This document shows, in pieces, positions 27,201-39,731 of a DNA stretch of 64,000 nucleotides (its first letter is position 1; each line of letters opens with the position of its first letter). The stretch comes from Lama guanicoe (Eukaryota). The notes under the pieces were generated by a model that was not told the origin of the DNA, did no database searches, and worked only from the letters and a program-made list of their open reading frames with translations. The translations under genes and the position numbers were made by a program. The stretch covers positions 8,651,095 through 8,715,094 of the forward strand of contig MU054391.1 in assembly GCA_013239625.1 (NCBI GenBank). Direction: 5' to 3'.

Positions 27201-27759
27201 CATGTGCAATTGATACCATTGCCCATCACCTTCTTTATGCAACTCACACATTGTTAGCAGGAAGGCAAATAACTAGAGCAAGAGGTGAATTCAATCCACA
27301 GGGCATCATTTTTATCAGGTGTATTTCCAAAGGAGAAGGCTAAATGCCATTCCTGAAATAGTTCAGAAAGATAGGAGTCTTGCTGACGATAAAGGCAAAA
27401 AGTACAATTCATTAGATGCCAACGGATTTCATAAGCAGTGTCCCTAAAATGTGAAAAGTTCTGAGATCTGTCGATTGGGGGATATAGAAGAAGAAGATAC
27501 TTTCGTGCCCTTATGAGTGGTTAGGAGGTAACATTCTAAATGTAAATTGGAAATTGTATAACATTTATGATAGGCTATATGGAAAAATGTATTAAAAGCC
27601 TTAACAGATTTATTATCTTTAATCTTTAGACCTAGAATCTTTTGTTAGTAAGAAAATAATCAAGGTTTTATGTACAGATTTGCCTCAGGCTTCCTCATTA
27701 AAATTATTATAAAATTTAAAATGTTATAAGTGTTATAACCCAAAGTGTAAAATAAACAC

Positions 27760-28216
27760 CATGGGTCCATGCAGAGGTAAATGGGTGGTTGAATAAATAA
27801 ATAAGTGGGAGAGAATAGACAAATATCCTTTGTAGAATAATCCCAAATAATTTATGTAAGTACTTCGACCTTAAGAGAAGTGAAACCTTTCCCCCTGTTT
27901 ACATGTGGGCTGTGTGTAATGACTTTTTTCACAAAGACTGCAATATGGAAAGGGAAGGGAAAAAAAGTAATTTTACACTTGAGGAACCTAACAAACACTA
28001 TCTATCTCTGGAACAATGATAAAGATTAAATCAACAGTGATCAGTTTTGTGTGTAGTATGTACCTTTGCTATGATGTGATAAGACTGAGACTTTACCTCT
28101 GTTCGTCTTTCTCCCCAAAACACATGACTCCAGGAAAATCATTTTTAAAACTCAGACAAATTTCAACTCAGGGACATTTTATAAAACATCTGAGCAGAAC
28201 TCCTCAACATTGTCAC
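27760..28216 (+). mobile_element. L1MC/L1MD-type 3'UTR
   Basis: 'gaataaataaataagtgggagagaatagacaaat..tgtgggctgtgtgtaatgactt..ctttacctctgttcgtctttctccccaaaacacatgactcc'. Confidence 0.75.
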
Positions 28217-28891
28217 CTAGCATCATCACAAGGAAGAAGTATGGGAAGAAGACTGAACCCGTTTCTAAACTCAAAGAATGTTACATCTCTCCCAAGATTG
28301 TCACGGGAAAAAAAAAAAAAAAAAGAGGGGCTGCTTACTTTCTATGAAGACAAATTACCAGTTTAAAGTAGGGGATGAAGATAATCTTAAAGTTTTTTAT
28401 TTTCTTAGATTGGATTAAATGCAGTTTAGAAACTCCGTATAAACTAAAGCAACCTTGCAGGCAGCTCTAGTTGACCAGATCAAGACTGTTACATCTGCTT
28501 GCTTTTCATGAGTTACTGAAAACAAGCAAATTTGTATTTCTCATCTCTGGAGGCAAAAAGAGATCAAATAATTGCCTATCTATCAGCTATTGTAAATTCT
28601 TTTGGATGATGAGAGTTGAATCTGTACTATGAAAAAGGTTTTTTGTTGTTGTTTTTTTTTTAAGCTGGAGTCAGAAAGAACTTCGGAGAGAGAGCGCGGC
28701 AGCACTTTTTTCCCAGGATGCATTTCTGCCTGGGAGACCAGCTTCATGTGAAAGTAGGGGGACAGTGGGAAATCCTGCGGAGGGAGAGGAACAGAGCAGA
28801 CGTTCGGGAATGCGAGCCACTTTATCCTGCCGCCTCTCCGCTGGGGGATGTGCCTACCAGTGAGCACTTCTTTTAGTTCTTGGTTTTTATT

Positions 28892-28938
28892 TAGTAGTAA
28901 TAGTAATAGTAGTAGTAATAATAATAAAATAATAATAA

Positions 28939-28985
<47 letters not shown>
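28892..28985. repeat. (TAG)n grading into (TAA)n trinucleotide microsatellite
   Basis: Read directly from the sequence. Confidence 0.95.
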
Positions 28986-28987
<2 letters not shown>

Positions 28988-29709
28988 TTCCTTTTCATTA
29001 AAAAATCAATCCAAGCTATATAGTGCTGTTATTTTATTTGTACGACCTTTCACTGTTTTTGCTAATTAGGCTAATAAAAGCACCCCCTTTTCCTTTCACA
29101 GCAAGCATTTTTCACAGCCTTCTGAAGATAACATGAACACACTTGAAATGTTTGGTGAATTCCTAGCCAAAAAATTCCCAACACCTCAATAAGACTTAAA
29201 AATGATTTAAAGCAGAATGAAAATGCAAATAAATCTTTCTTTCCAAAATTGTTTTTGAAAATTCTAAAATAAATTCTAATTATTCTCTTCCCCAAGTGAA
29301 CCTCCACTGAAAAACTGAAAATCAAGCTATTTATTGTCCTGAAATTGTATCACTGAGCAAAAGGAAAGTCAGAAATTAGTTTCCTAAACAACAAAATGAC
29401 AATATAAGGGATGAGGATGAAAGAAATGTCTCCGATCCTTTTTATTAATATTTATGTTGCAACTATGTTTATTGTCAATATGGAGATGATGGATTAAACG
29501 TGAAAACCTTAACCATATGGACATGAGAGATAGGCAGTCTCCTGGGCATTTATGAAGGGGACCTTGCTGGAGCTGAGAGTGTACTGTTCATTATTTTGTC
29601 AGAGAAATATGTTTGAGACTAAGTAAACAATAGACATGCTAATTTTAAAATGGAATTTGAAAAGTATGTCTACTAAGCAAAGGTAAAGACCAAAAGGGAA
29701 AGTGCAATT

Positions 29710-30000
29710 CTGCGGTTCTGAACCCTGGACACCAAAATCTGCAGATGCTCAAGTCCCTTACATAAAGCGGTGTATGTAGTACTTGCAAATAACCTATGTG
29801 CATCCTCCTGTATGCTTTAAATCACCCCTAGATTACTTGCAATACCTAATATAACGTAAATGCTGTGTACATAGCTGTCGGATGCACAACGACTTCCAGT
29901 TTTCCTTTTTGGAACTTCTGGAATTTTTTTTTTGCAAATACTTTTGTTCTAAGATCAATCTGTGGATGTGGCATTGTAGATATGGGAAGCTAACTGCATA
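29710..30000 (+). mobile_element. MER2/MER2B TcMar-Tigger MITE
   Basis: 'accaaaatctgcagatgctcaagtcccttacataaa..tttaaatcacccctagattacttgcaatacctaata'. Confidence 0.85.
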
Positions 30001-30711
30001 CAACAACAGTCAATTAAAATAATACAGAAAGATTTTTATATATATATATAGTTAAAGTATGGAAAACAGAATACTGATTATTCATTGCTACTGCTTGAAT
30101 CAGTGCTACCTGAGCTATGTCTTGAATGTAGTGGTCTACACTTGACAAAAGCAGACAGTCTCCATCCCTACCTTGTGTCTAGCTCTACCTTAGTCCCATC
30201 AGTGTGTGCAACTGTCTCAACCCTGACCCTGAAAATCTCAGTTTATTTCTCTAACTTGGGCCTGTTTTCTGCATCTTGTATTCAGAATGATTTTGTTTTC
30301 CTTAATAGGACCTCCTTTCTAATCTTTTCATCCATGGCAAATGTTACAGTTAATTCAATGCAGATATATGCCTTTTTATCCATTTATCCATTTCAAAGTA
30401 AGTAGCGACTTTGTATAATAGTGGACATTTCCTATTTAATCCTGAGGAGAAAACTAGTTTCTGTCTATGGACGGAATCTAGATTTGCTGGAGAAAGATGA
30501 GTTAAGGGAATAGTGAAAAGAGCAGACTTGTTGAAATGGAAGTTTGTTTAGAGAGCAGACAAATACCTTCTGTGGTTTCTAGAGACCCCCTGCAGAAGTT
30601 GTTGCACTCCACATGTGCAAGGCAAGTAAAACGAAGAACTGATGGTAATGCTGGAAGAACGTACTGCAGGAGCCAGACTGACTAGTTAGCAGGAAGAATG
30701 AGTGTACGTAC

Positions 30712-32505
30712 TCTGTTAGATTTACACCTATGCATTTTATGTGTTTAGATGCAATTTTAAATGATTACTATTTTTAAAATTGTATTAATTTTATTTTCCA
30801 AATTTTTATTGCTAATATATAGAAATCTAATTAATTTTATATGGATCTGCAAACTTGTTAGATTCAGGTATTAAAGTAGACTTCCTGGTGGAGTTGCTTG
30901 GGATGTTCTTTGATGACAGTCATGTGGTCTATGAATAGAGTTTCATTTCTTCCTTTCTTATCTGTATTTATTTTTTTCTTGCATTATTGTGCTATCTAGG
31001 GCCTTTAGGGAATGTTGAATAGGTATAGTGAGAGCAGATACTTTGTTTTTCTTCCCCCCCCCCCCGATATTAGGGGTAAGGCTTTCAGTCTTTTGTTATT
31101 AATTATGATGTTAAGTAATGGATTATTTACAGATGCCCTACATCACGTTAAAAGCTATCAGAATTCACCAGTGATGCCATCTAAGCCTAGAGTTTTCTTT
31201 GCGACATGATTTGAATCAATAAATTTGATTTATTTAATAGATAAAGAATTATTTATTCTATTTATTTCCTTTTGACTGAGCTTTGGTAATTTTTGTTTTT
31301 CAGAAAGGTTGTTCATTTAATTTAAATTTTGAAATTATGACCAAAATGTTGTTTTATATATTCCCTTATTATTCATCTAACATGTAGGATCTGCATTGAT
31401 AACTTTGCATTCATTCCAGATATTGTTTTATTAGTCTTTTCTCTCTGTTTTTCTTGAGCTGCAAGTCCTAGAGGTTTTTGGTTTTTTGTTTGGTTTTTTT
31501 TAAATAAACTCTGTCATTTCAGAGAATCATCTCTTGGTTTCATTTGTTCTTCCATTTATTTCTTCTGTCAATTTAATAGATTGATTTTTGCTTTTATCTT
31601 TATGGTTTTATTCCTTCTACTTTCCATTTGCTCTGTTTATATTTGCACTATTTCTGTTTTTCTACTTTAGATCATATGTGGAAGCTTAGATCACTGATTT
31701 TAAATCTTTCTTGTCTACAAATGTAAACATTTAAAGTTAAAAGTTTTCTGCTATTCAGATTACCTTAGTCTTTACCCTCTGTTCTTTTCCTGTTCTGGGA
31801 TCTGATCCAGGGACCACGTTATATTTAGGTACTATTTCTCCTTAGGCTCTTCTTGGCTGTGACAGTTTCTCAGGCTTTTTCGTTTGCTTTGATTACCTTG
31901 ACAGTTTTAAAAAAACGCTGATCACGTATATTGTAGAATATCCCTCAACTACATTTGCTTGATGTTCTTCTTGTGATTAAACTGAGGCCATGGGTTCTGG
32001 GGAGAAAGATCATGGAGATAAGGTTCAGTTTTCACCACATCATATCAAGGCTACACACCCTCAATGTGAATCACCACGTTGATATAATTCACACGTAGAT
32101 TAGGCAGTTTTGTCAGATTGCTCCACTGTGAAGTTCCTCCCCTCTCCCCTTTCCAGGCTGTACTCTGAAAGGAGGTCACTATACCCAGCTTGCACTTAAG
32201 GGACGGGGAGCTCCATCCACCTCTACGACGACAGAGTAGCTGTGTAAATTTTGAAGATCCTACAAATTTTTATCTGCTGTGTTTTAATTGATACTCAGTT
32301 AAAAGAAATTTTGATATTTCCTTGTGATTTAATCTTTAACCCCTGGATTATTTAGATGTCGGCTCTCTCATTTAAAAGTAAGTGGGGCTTTCCTATGTAA
32401 TTTATTTTTGTTGATTTCTAACACAAAAAACATTTTGATTAGAAAATACACTCTGTGTAATTTCAATGCTTTAAAAGGTATTCAGTCTTGTTTTATGGTC
32501 CAGCA
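30712..32505 (-). mobile_element. Old L1M ORF2 fragments with a nested L1MC/L1MD 3'UTR piece (~31760-32262)
   Basis: 'aatgttgaataggtatagtgagagcagatac..gatattaggggtaaggctttcagtcttt' is antisense ORF2. The nested piece reads 'ttctgggatctgatccagggaccacgttatatttag..gattgctccactgtgaagtt'. Confidence 0.72.
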
Positions 32506-32509
32506 CACA

Positions 32510-32640
32510 TCCTAACCTCTTGAACATTCATTCTCGTCACTCGGCCCTGCAACAAACCCTTCTCTGCTCTAAACTCCGACGTTTCCATTTGTTTGGCCTC
32601 ACTGTGCATTGAGCACACAAACTTGGGTCCAGTGGTACTA
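32510..32640 (+). mobile_element. 3' part (R/U5) of a cetartiodactyl ERV1-type LTR
   Basis: 'aacaaacccttctctgctctaaactccgacgtttccatttgtttggcctcactgtgcattgagcacacaaacttg' matches an LTR end common in cetartiodactyl genomes. Confidence 0.65.
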
Positions 32641-32874
32641 CTTGAGTAAGTTTGCAAAAGCCAGCTGCAGGGTTTCATAATATTAACTTCTGGAACTACA
32701 GAGTGCCCTGATGCCCTGAGCCACGGGGGCAGCTGAGACAGGAAGATGACGCCTGTCAACTTAGAGACAGCTGTTTCCCAGCCAAGGAAGGCTCGGGTGC
32801 ACCAAAGCCAGACTCAGATGGAAATTAGTTACAGAGACTAATGAGTGAAGTACTCAAAGAGTTTCAAGGCCTGA

Positions 32875-32911
<37 letters not shown>

Positions 32912-33349
32912 GTGACAGGAACGAGATGTTTCTTTCAAAGGGGAAAGTGGAAGATATTAAGGAGCCAGTGTACTTCAAGCACCAAAGGAAGAGAGTCATT
33001 AATAAGGGAACAGAAGTCCTGAGAAAAGGAGCAAATGGCATCTGAGAAAATTGACAGGACTCATTTTAAGAGATGGGAAATTTCTGAATTGCTGGTGGAG
33101 AGGCGGGGATGCAATCAAACAGACAGACGTGGCACAGTACAGAGGACGGGCTGCAGGTGGAAAAACCCAGTCCTGTGTGACAGGTGTGGTGATAAACAAC
33201 CCCAGGTCAGAGGGCGCTGCTTCCCCTGGTCCAGGGTTAGAGCAAAATGCTTCTCTCAGGCCTCCTTAGTGTGCTGTGTCTCTGCCAGGATGTGCAGAGG
33301 CCCCAGGTCAATATGCAAGATCCATTCTGAAATGTTTAAAGCTCCCTCA

Positions 33350-33880
33350 CTCGTTCGTTTGTTTAGGCATCCGTCCGTTCATCCATAAACACTGCACGGA
33401 AGGCACGGGCAAATTGCAAATACAGTACATCACCGTAAGAATAAGGAACTCTTATGAGATGTCGCCTCGGGTGGGTGTCAGAAAAGGTTTTCCAGAGAAG
33501 ACCTGCCAAACAGAGATTTGATGGGTGTGCAGTGGGAGAAACAGCAGCAAACACGAGGCTCAGACAGGTGAAAAGAACAATTGAGTAAGATATCTCTGTA
33601 AAAGAACATTCTGGTAACGTATTTCTGGAAAGTGGTGTTGCAACAGTGGGAAATAAACAGGGTAGATAGACAAACATGATTTGAATTCTTGTCTGCTACC
33701 TACCAGCTTGTCAACTTTGGCCTCGTTGCAGAAAATGGTTGAGTCAGTTCCCTTGTCCAATAAATGAAAATGTTACCACTTAACTCCCTGGGTTCTGTGA
33801 GGATGCTATGAGCTCATGTATATAGAAACTTGCACACTACCTGGCATGTTCCCATCTTGCTGCTACGATTTATAGCTTCA
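33350..33880. mobile_element. L2 tail fragment (minus) followed by MIR (plus, ~33630-33880)
   Basis: 'ttcatccataaac..gtcagaaaaggttttccagagaag' and 'tttgaattcttgtctgctacctaccagcttgtcaactttgg'. Confidence 0.5.
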
Positions 33881-34135
33881 TAACAGCAGGATGTGTAGCA
33901 ATCATGTCCCACAGCCCTCCCCCTGCTTCCTGCCCAAGGGTGGGAAGTAGAGCACTGCAGCTGTCAACACTGCTCTGTGGACAGGGATGAGGGCTGAACT
34001 GGTCGGAAACGTGGAAATGTGGAAACATGGAGGAGGAACTGGCTGGGGGAGGGGTAGATCACCATAACTGTGCCAATCGGGAGGAGGTAAAGGTGCCTGA
34101 GGATCAGTGGGAATAAGACATCAAGATGAAGAGAT

Positions 34136-34265
34136 GGGGGAGGGCATAGCTCAGCGGTAGAGCGTGTGCTTAGCATGCATGAGGTCCTGGATTCAACCCC
34201 CAGTACATCCATTAGAAATAAATAAACCTAATGACCTCCTCCAGAAAAAGCAAAACAAAACAAAA
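34136..34265 (+). mobile_element. tRNA(Ala)-derived camelid SINE (Vic-1-like)
   Basis: Head 'gggggagggcatagctcagcggtagagcgtgtgcttagcatgcatgaggtcctggattcaacccccagtac' carries A and B boxes, followed by an A-rich tail. The 13-bp TSD is aagatgaagagat (34123-34135) / aagatggagagac (34266-34278). Confidence 0.9.
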
Positions 34266-35134
34266 AAGATGGAGAGACAAGGGAACATGGGAGACCGCCA
34301 TGCAATGTGGTTTTGCCTACCGATGGTGGGACAGTGGTCAGATTAAGGAACGTTGTGGTAAAATAAAAGGTGTTTAACATGGAGAGGGAATAGAACCGAG
34401 CTCTCGGTATTTTGACTCTGGAAATTTTTTTGGCTCCATTGACCCCATCTGGTAGCAAGGGCTTTCACTGGCATTGCATTAATGAAAGAAACAAAATGTA
34501 TCTATGCTCAGCAGCATTACAACCTAAACGTGTTTCCAAAGCATAGGGGCAGGCTGGCTCTACATGACCACAGAAAGCCAGTGACACTTCATCCACGTGA
34601 AGGTGGCTTCTGTGGACCCGTGTCCTTGTATCAGATCTCTAGCCCTCAACAAAGAATTGACAGCACTGTACCTTGAAGTTCTGCAGGGTAGACCCAGGAG
34701 GGCTGTTGCGCCCTCTGAATATACAGCCCTGCAGGGAGAGGCTCCTCCGTGCTGTAATGGGTCAGTGGCTGGCTGATTGGGATGTGATCTGTGCACTAAA
34801 ACTTGAGGTGCTGTGAGAGAGGGGGAGTCTGCTGCAAAGTCCTTCAGATCTTGCTCCCATCAGAGAACGATAATTCCTCCTGAAACACACACCCCTGTGT
34901 TTCTTACAGAGGTGTTCCCTGTAGACATTGCCTCCACTTTCTGGCCTCCCATTCTTTTCCAATTTCTATTTCATTACTTCGCTGAAATGTTTGCTGTCGA
35001 GATCACTAATGCCTTCCACTTTGCCAGAGCTAAGGATCACCTCCCTGCCCTCATGATAAGCTCTCGGCCACATTTATAATGAAGACTAATCCTTTCTTAA
35101 AAGTCTTTCTTTTCTGAGCTTGTGTGGTGCCACA

Positions 35135-35224
35135 ATTTTTATTATTATTATTATTATTGAAGAATAGTCAGTTACAGTGTGTCAGTTTCTAGTGTACAAC
35201 ACAATGTCCCAGTCATGCACATAT

Positions 35225-35264
<40 letters not shown>

Positions 35265-35305
35265 TTGTTTTCATGTTATTTTTTATTAAAGGTTATTACA
35301 AGATA
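35135..35305 (-). mobile_element. Very short camelid L1 3' end with internal (AC)n
   Basis: Near-identical to the 3'UTR at ~4424-4532 ('gtcagttacagtgt..gtcccagtcatgca..ttaaaggttattacaagatat'). The probable TSD is tgRtgccac. Confidence 0.85.
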
Positions 35306-35482
35306 TGATGCCACCCTCTTTTGATGGTGCTCAGATCTCTCCAGGCCCTTCCATTCAGTCTCTGGTCTGGGCAATCTGGAGCGCCCTGAGCTCAGAAGAT
35401 AACTACTTTCTTTATGTTCTTTTCTTTCTTTCTTTCTTAAAATACCCTCTCTAGGTCATTTAATCAAGACCTATGAGTTTAA

Positions 35483-35730
35483 TTTTGTATATAGTACTAT
35501 GCATCTGTTAATCCCCAACTCCTAATCTATTACTATATATAAAATTAACAACAAGGACGCACTGTGTAGCATAGGGAACTATATTCAATTTCTTATAATG
35601 AGCTGTAATGGAAAAGATATGTGTATAGAAAATGTATGTATAGATGAATCACTTTGCTGTATACCTGAAACTAACATTGGAAATCGACTATACTTCAATA
35701 CAAAATAAGAAGTAAAAAAAAATTTTTTTA
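35483..35730 (+). mobile_element. 5'-truncated, 5'-inverted L1 3'UTR insertion
   Basis: 17-bp TSD aagacctatgagtttaa (35466-35482) / aagacctatgactttaa (35731-35747). Bases 35483-35529 are antisense and the rest is sense. Confidence 0.85.
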
Positions 35731-35779
35731 AAGACCTATGACTTTAAAATGCTATCTCAATGTTTATGACGCTAAATTA

Positions 35780-36810
35780 CTTTTGTTTCTTCTTTTTTTT
35801 TTTGTATCTTTCTTTCTCATTGTTCTCAACTTTTCCTCTGTATTCTTAAACATGTTAATTAGCTTCAAGATGTCTGTTTTGAGGTTATTATCTGCTAGTT
35901 CCAGTGTCTCCGCTGTTTCAGAGTCAGTTTCTGTTGGTTGTTTTTGTTCTGGTCATGGGTCACAGTGTCCTGCTTACTTGAATATCTGGTAATTTTTTAT
36001 GAGAGACCAAACATTATGTATTTTGTGTTGATGATAGTTGGGTTCTGTTGTGACTTTTAAAAACTGGTTCAGATTTTGTTCTAAGGCACAAGTAAATTAC
36101 TTTTAATCAGTTCACTCCTTTGGAAGCCTGCTTTTAAGATTTCTCTTAGCTGGCCCAGAACAATCTTTGCTTCGACCATGGACAGCCTCATTCTGAGGAC
36201 TCCATCCGATGTCCCAAGCATTTCAAGACCTTTCCACACTGGTTGATGGGACTATTTTCTCTCCTCTGAAAAATATTCCCTGCTTTGTTTAAGCTCCAGG
36301 AATTTTAACTTTTTTTTTTTTCCTTTTTGCCTATTCTTTTGCAGTGGTTCATTTTCTGGTTTGGAGCAGTTTCAGCTCACATTTGTGAACTCAGTCAAAG
36401 AGTCCAGGGGACCTCACGGCAGTAGTTCATGGTTCCTCTCTCTGCCTTCATCTCCCTGTCTCTGTCCTTTTCTCCATCATATTTAGTACTCTATTCCACA
36501 TATGCTGATCACCACTGTTTCTTCCCCAAACTCTTCTTTTCCCCTCAAGAGCAAGATAATATGCTCTGTTGTTTTGTTTGTTTGTTTGTTTGTTTTCCAT
36601 CTCTGTTTATGGTACCACATCCCCAGACTGTGGCAAGTTCATGCAGCCATCGGACCACATTGTCCACTATTCTTCACTCAAGATCACAGTCTTAACCTGC
36701 CTGTCATATAAGGTCTGAAAACTTGTCTCATACACTTTACCAGTTTCTACTTTTCAGTGGTAGAGAAGAAATTCCAGTAACAGTCCACTCTTTGTGGGCA
36801 TACTTGGATC
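35780..36810 (-). mobile_element. Old L1M 5'-region fragment
   Basis: 'gagtcagtttctgttggttgtttttgttctggtcatgggtcacagtgtcctgcttacttgaatatctggtaattttt'. Confidence 0.6.
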
Positions 36811-37478
36811 TTAACACATATTTAAAGAATAAAGACTTGAAGTGATAATATCCAAAAAAAAAAGTCTGAAAGCTATAGAAATAGATTATTCGAAAGATGA
36901 ATTATAGTAAATTTAAAACCACTTTGCAGGCTAGGCCTGGAAGGGACGTGGAAATTTGCCAATTAATTTCAGAGATTCAGAAATTGGACTAGAAAGGGGG
37001 TCTGATTTAGCCAAGATTAGAGAATTCCCACGCCAGGACTACAAGGTTTAGTTTTTGAGTTCAAGGCGTGTGTGTGTGTGTGTTTGTGTTTATAGCATCA
37101 TACAACTGTATAATCTTTAAATGTAGAAAGACTAATATCAAATCATACATAAGAAGTTTAGCATTTTTAAATTTTTGTATTTTTCTCTTTAGAACCTATA
37201 TAATGCTGAGGGTGGGAAATACCCCTTAGGGGTCCTGACACTCTGGGGGATATAACTCTGTCTCCAGCAAAGCACACAGTGCCCCTGCTCTCCTCCCCTC
37301 AAGGCTGTCAGGACAAGCAGAGCCGCGCAGCAGAATCGGGAAGATGGAGCCGTGAGTTGTCACCAGACAGTAACACCCTTGCTGTCCTCAGCTCTAACGA
37401 GCTCATTTACTTTGCCCATAGGCCTGTCAACAGAAGTTTTATGGTGGAATATTTTGTCTGAAATGAACACAGACTCAC

Positions 37479-37532
37479 CTGCCATTTGAAAACAGCAGCT
37501 TTCCAATGTATTTATCCAAACAGAACTCTGCT
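37479..37532 (-). other. Candidate 54-nt exon (unassigned gene)
   Basis: Minus strand reads tcttttccttag|AGCAGAG...AAATGGCAG|gtgagt, in non-repeat DNA. Confidence 0.25.
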
Positions 37533-38861
37533 CTAAGGAAAAGACTGTGTGGGTGGCTGAAAAATGTGTTATCACAATAATTGGGACTGTTTCCAGCGTT
37601 AGTCTCCCACATAGACCTAGAGATGACTGCCCACCTGCCGAGATTTTAGAGGAGCTAAACAGAGCCCCTTCCCTGACAGAACTCCCTGTCACCTGCTACC
37701 TTAAAATTCCACTTTTTAAGGTTATTTAAGTTTTTGAAAACCTGAAAAGACTATTAACCCTGTTTTGGGTTAATGTCTCAACTCTGGCCATTATTACTAA
37801 GGGTCTGCTTCAAAGGAAGAAAAATTCACAAGCAATCAGCAGAGTCTTGTGTGCCTAGAATTTTAGAAATGCTGGTCTAATATTTGACTGTCAGCTCTCA
37901 CTCTAAACCTCTGTGTTAGGTTAATAATCTGGTCTGATAATCTTCTGTCTGCTTTTGATTTATGCCATCTGACAGAAACTCAGCCCACTGATTTGAGGTC
38001 TGTCTTGAGAAAAAGTGTTCTCTCTCCAAATGATAGGGCAGGGCCCCAGAGATACAAAGGTTCAACAATGAGAGAGAGGTTTGGGCACTGAAAAGACTGA
38101 AAAAATCATCTACCTTGGAATTTTGCATATGAAATTTTACTTTCATGTAATTCAGGTTTGTTAATACAGTCTAGTACTTATATATTTATGGCTATTTATA
38201 GCATATTGCAGGCACTTGGTTAAAATAGCCCTTTTCAGATTGTAAATTTCAGAGTGACTGTGGTTTTAGAGATGTCTTTCCCCTTCACTTCTGCCTCACA
38301 ATTTTCTACTCGTCTTTAGGACAGCATTTCCCAGCTTTGGCTGTACACTGAAACCATCTGGAGAGGCATGGCTGAGAACACTGCTCCAGGTCAAGGTCAT
38401 TAATACCTTCCCCACGAGGTGTTTCTTTCCATCATAAAAAAATTATCTAAACAATTTTTAATTTTCTGAGTTTTCACAAGATTCAATTTGAAGTTCTATT
38501 ATTTCATTTAAATATATTTATCGAATATTTATGGTGTGTGTATGTGTGTTTTCTGTCTTCACTTAGATGTGTGCTCCTTGAAGGCATCTTGTGCTGTGTT
38601 CATTTTCTATTATCTGTGTTACTTTCTCTAACTCACCCTAATCTCATTCAATATATGCAATAGCATCTGGTGTATCAAAATGGGTCAGAAAAAAAATAAT
38701 AACACAATAACACATCACTAAAGGTAACAAGAGACAAGTTTGATGTTTCCAGTCGTTCCTAAAAGTGTGTAAAAAGTTTGTGTCTGGACAATGCAGAGCA
38801 ATAGCTTATGCAGAAAGACATTAACAGACAGCTCTAACCTGATATGAGAAGTGTGCAATCT

Positions 38862-39090
38862 GTGGAGTGCAATATATCACGGCGACAAAGAGTGAAGGCT
38901 CTGAAGATACTCTTCCTGGGTTTGAATTCTGTCTCTAATATTTAATAGCAATCTGTTGGACAAATTTCTTCACATCATGTTTATATTTTCTTAATCTGCC
39001 AAATGTTTAGGTACTGGTAATAGTACTAACCTCACATTATTGCTATGAGAAAGTCTGATGTACAAAAACATTCAACACTCATATTAACAA
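38862..39090 (+). mobile_element. MIR SINE
   Basis: 'cctgggtttgaattctgtctctaatatttaatagc..ttggacaaatttctt'. Confidence 0.6.
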
Positions 39091-39731
39091 ATTCAATCTA
39101 ATTGTTGAAGAGATGTCATTGTCGTGACATTCAATAATATTTTTGTATTAAATGTACGTTATGTCTATTTACCAGCAGTTTATCGCCTCTCAGTAGGGGC
39201 ACCTGCCATGTCTGTGTCAATTACTATGTGCCTTAATTGAGATGTGTCTTTTCTTTGAATAGAAAGTTTACAGAATGTGTTTTCAATTTCTTACTTATAA
39301 TTGAAATGCTAACATTATAATTACTTTGAAGAACTAGATGACAACATGGCTGACAGAGTGATGTGAAATTGCCATGGAAAATGTGATGTCGTTGTCTGTT
39401 TTGTTACTTTTATAAACAGGATTTGCCTCAAGTTATTGGAGCCACTGTCTATGTGTCCAGCATCTAAATGAAAAGTCTGAGGGGCTTTATCTGAATGTGT
39501 TTATAGTCATTATACAATTGGTGGGTGTTATTACATTCAGATGTTTGAATTAAATGGTGATAGTACAATTTTATGCTCTATTTTGGATGTGAAAAAAAAA
39601 GAAACAGAGGTTGGCATTAAGTTAAGCCAAAGTAAAAGAATTTAAACTGCAGAATAAAACATTAATATTTGATTATCTTTTAGTTCAAAGTTTGCTGGAT
39701 TTTTCCATTCAAGTGTATGTGTGCACACATT

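Larger units (their letters stand above)
34880..35775 (+). mobile_element. L2 fragment interrupted by two short L1 insertions
   Basis: 'tgtcgagatcactaatgccttccactttgcc' and 'ccctctctaggtcatttaatcaagacctatg|actttaaaatgctatctc'. Confidence 0.6.

Noticed and set aside
32878..32906. A29 tract as the tail of a processed pseudogene
   Set aside because: There is no upstream poly(A) signal, ORF or TSD.
34136..34215. tRNA-Ala gene
   Set aside because: It has a SINE tail and TSDs and a degenerate acceptor stem, so it is a SINE.
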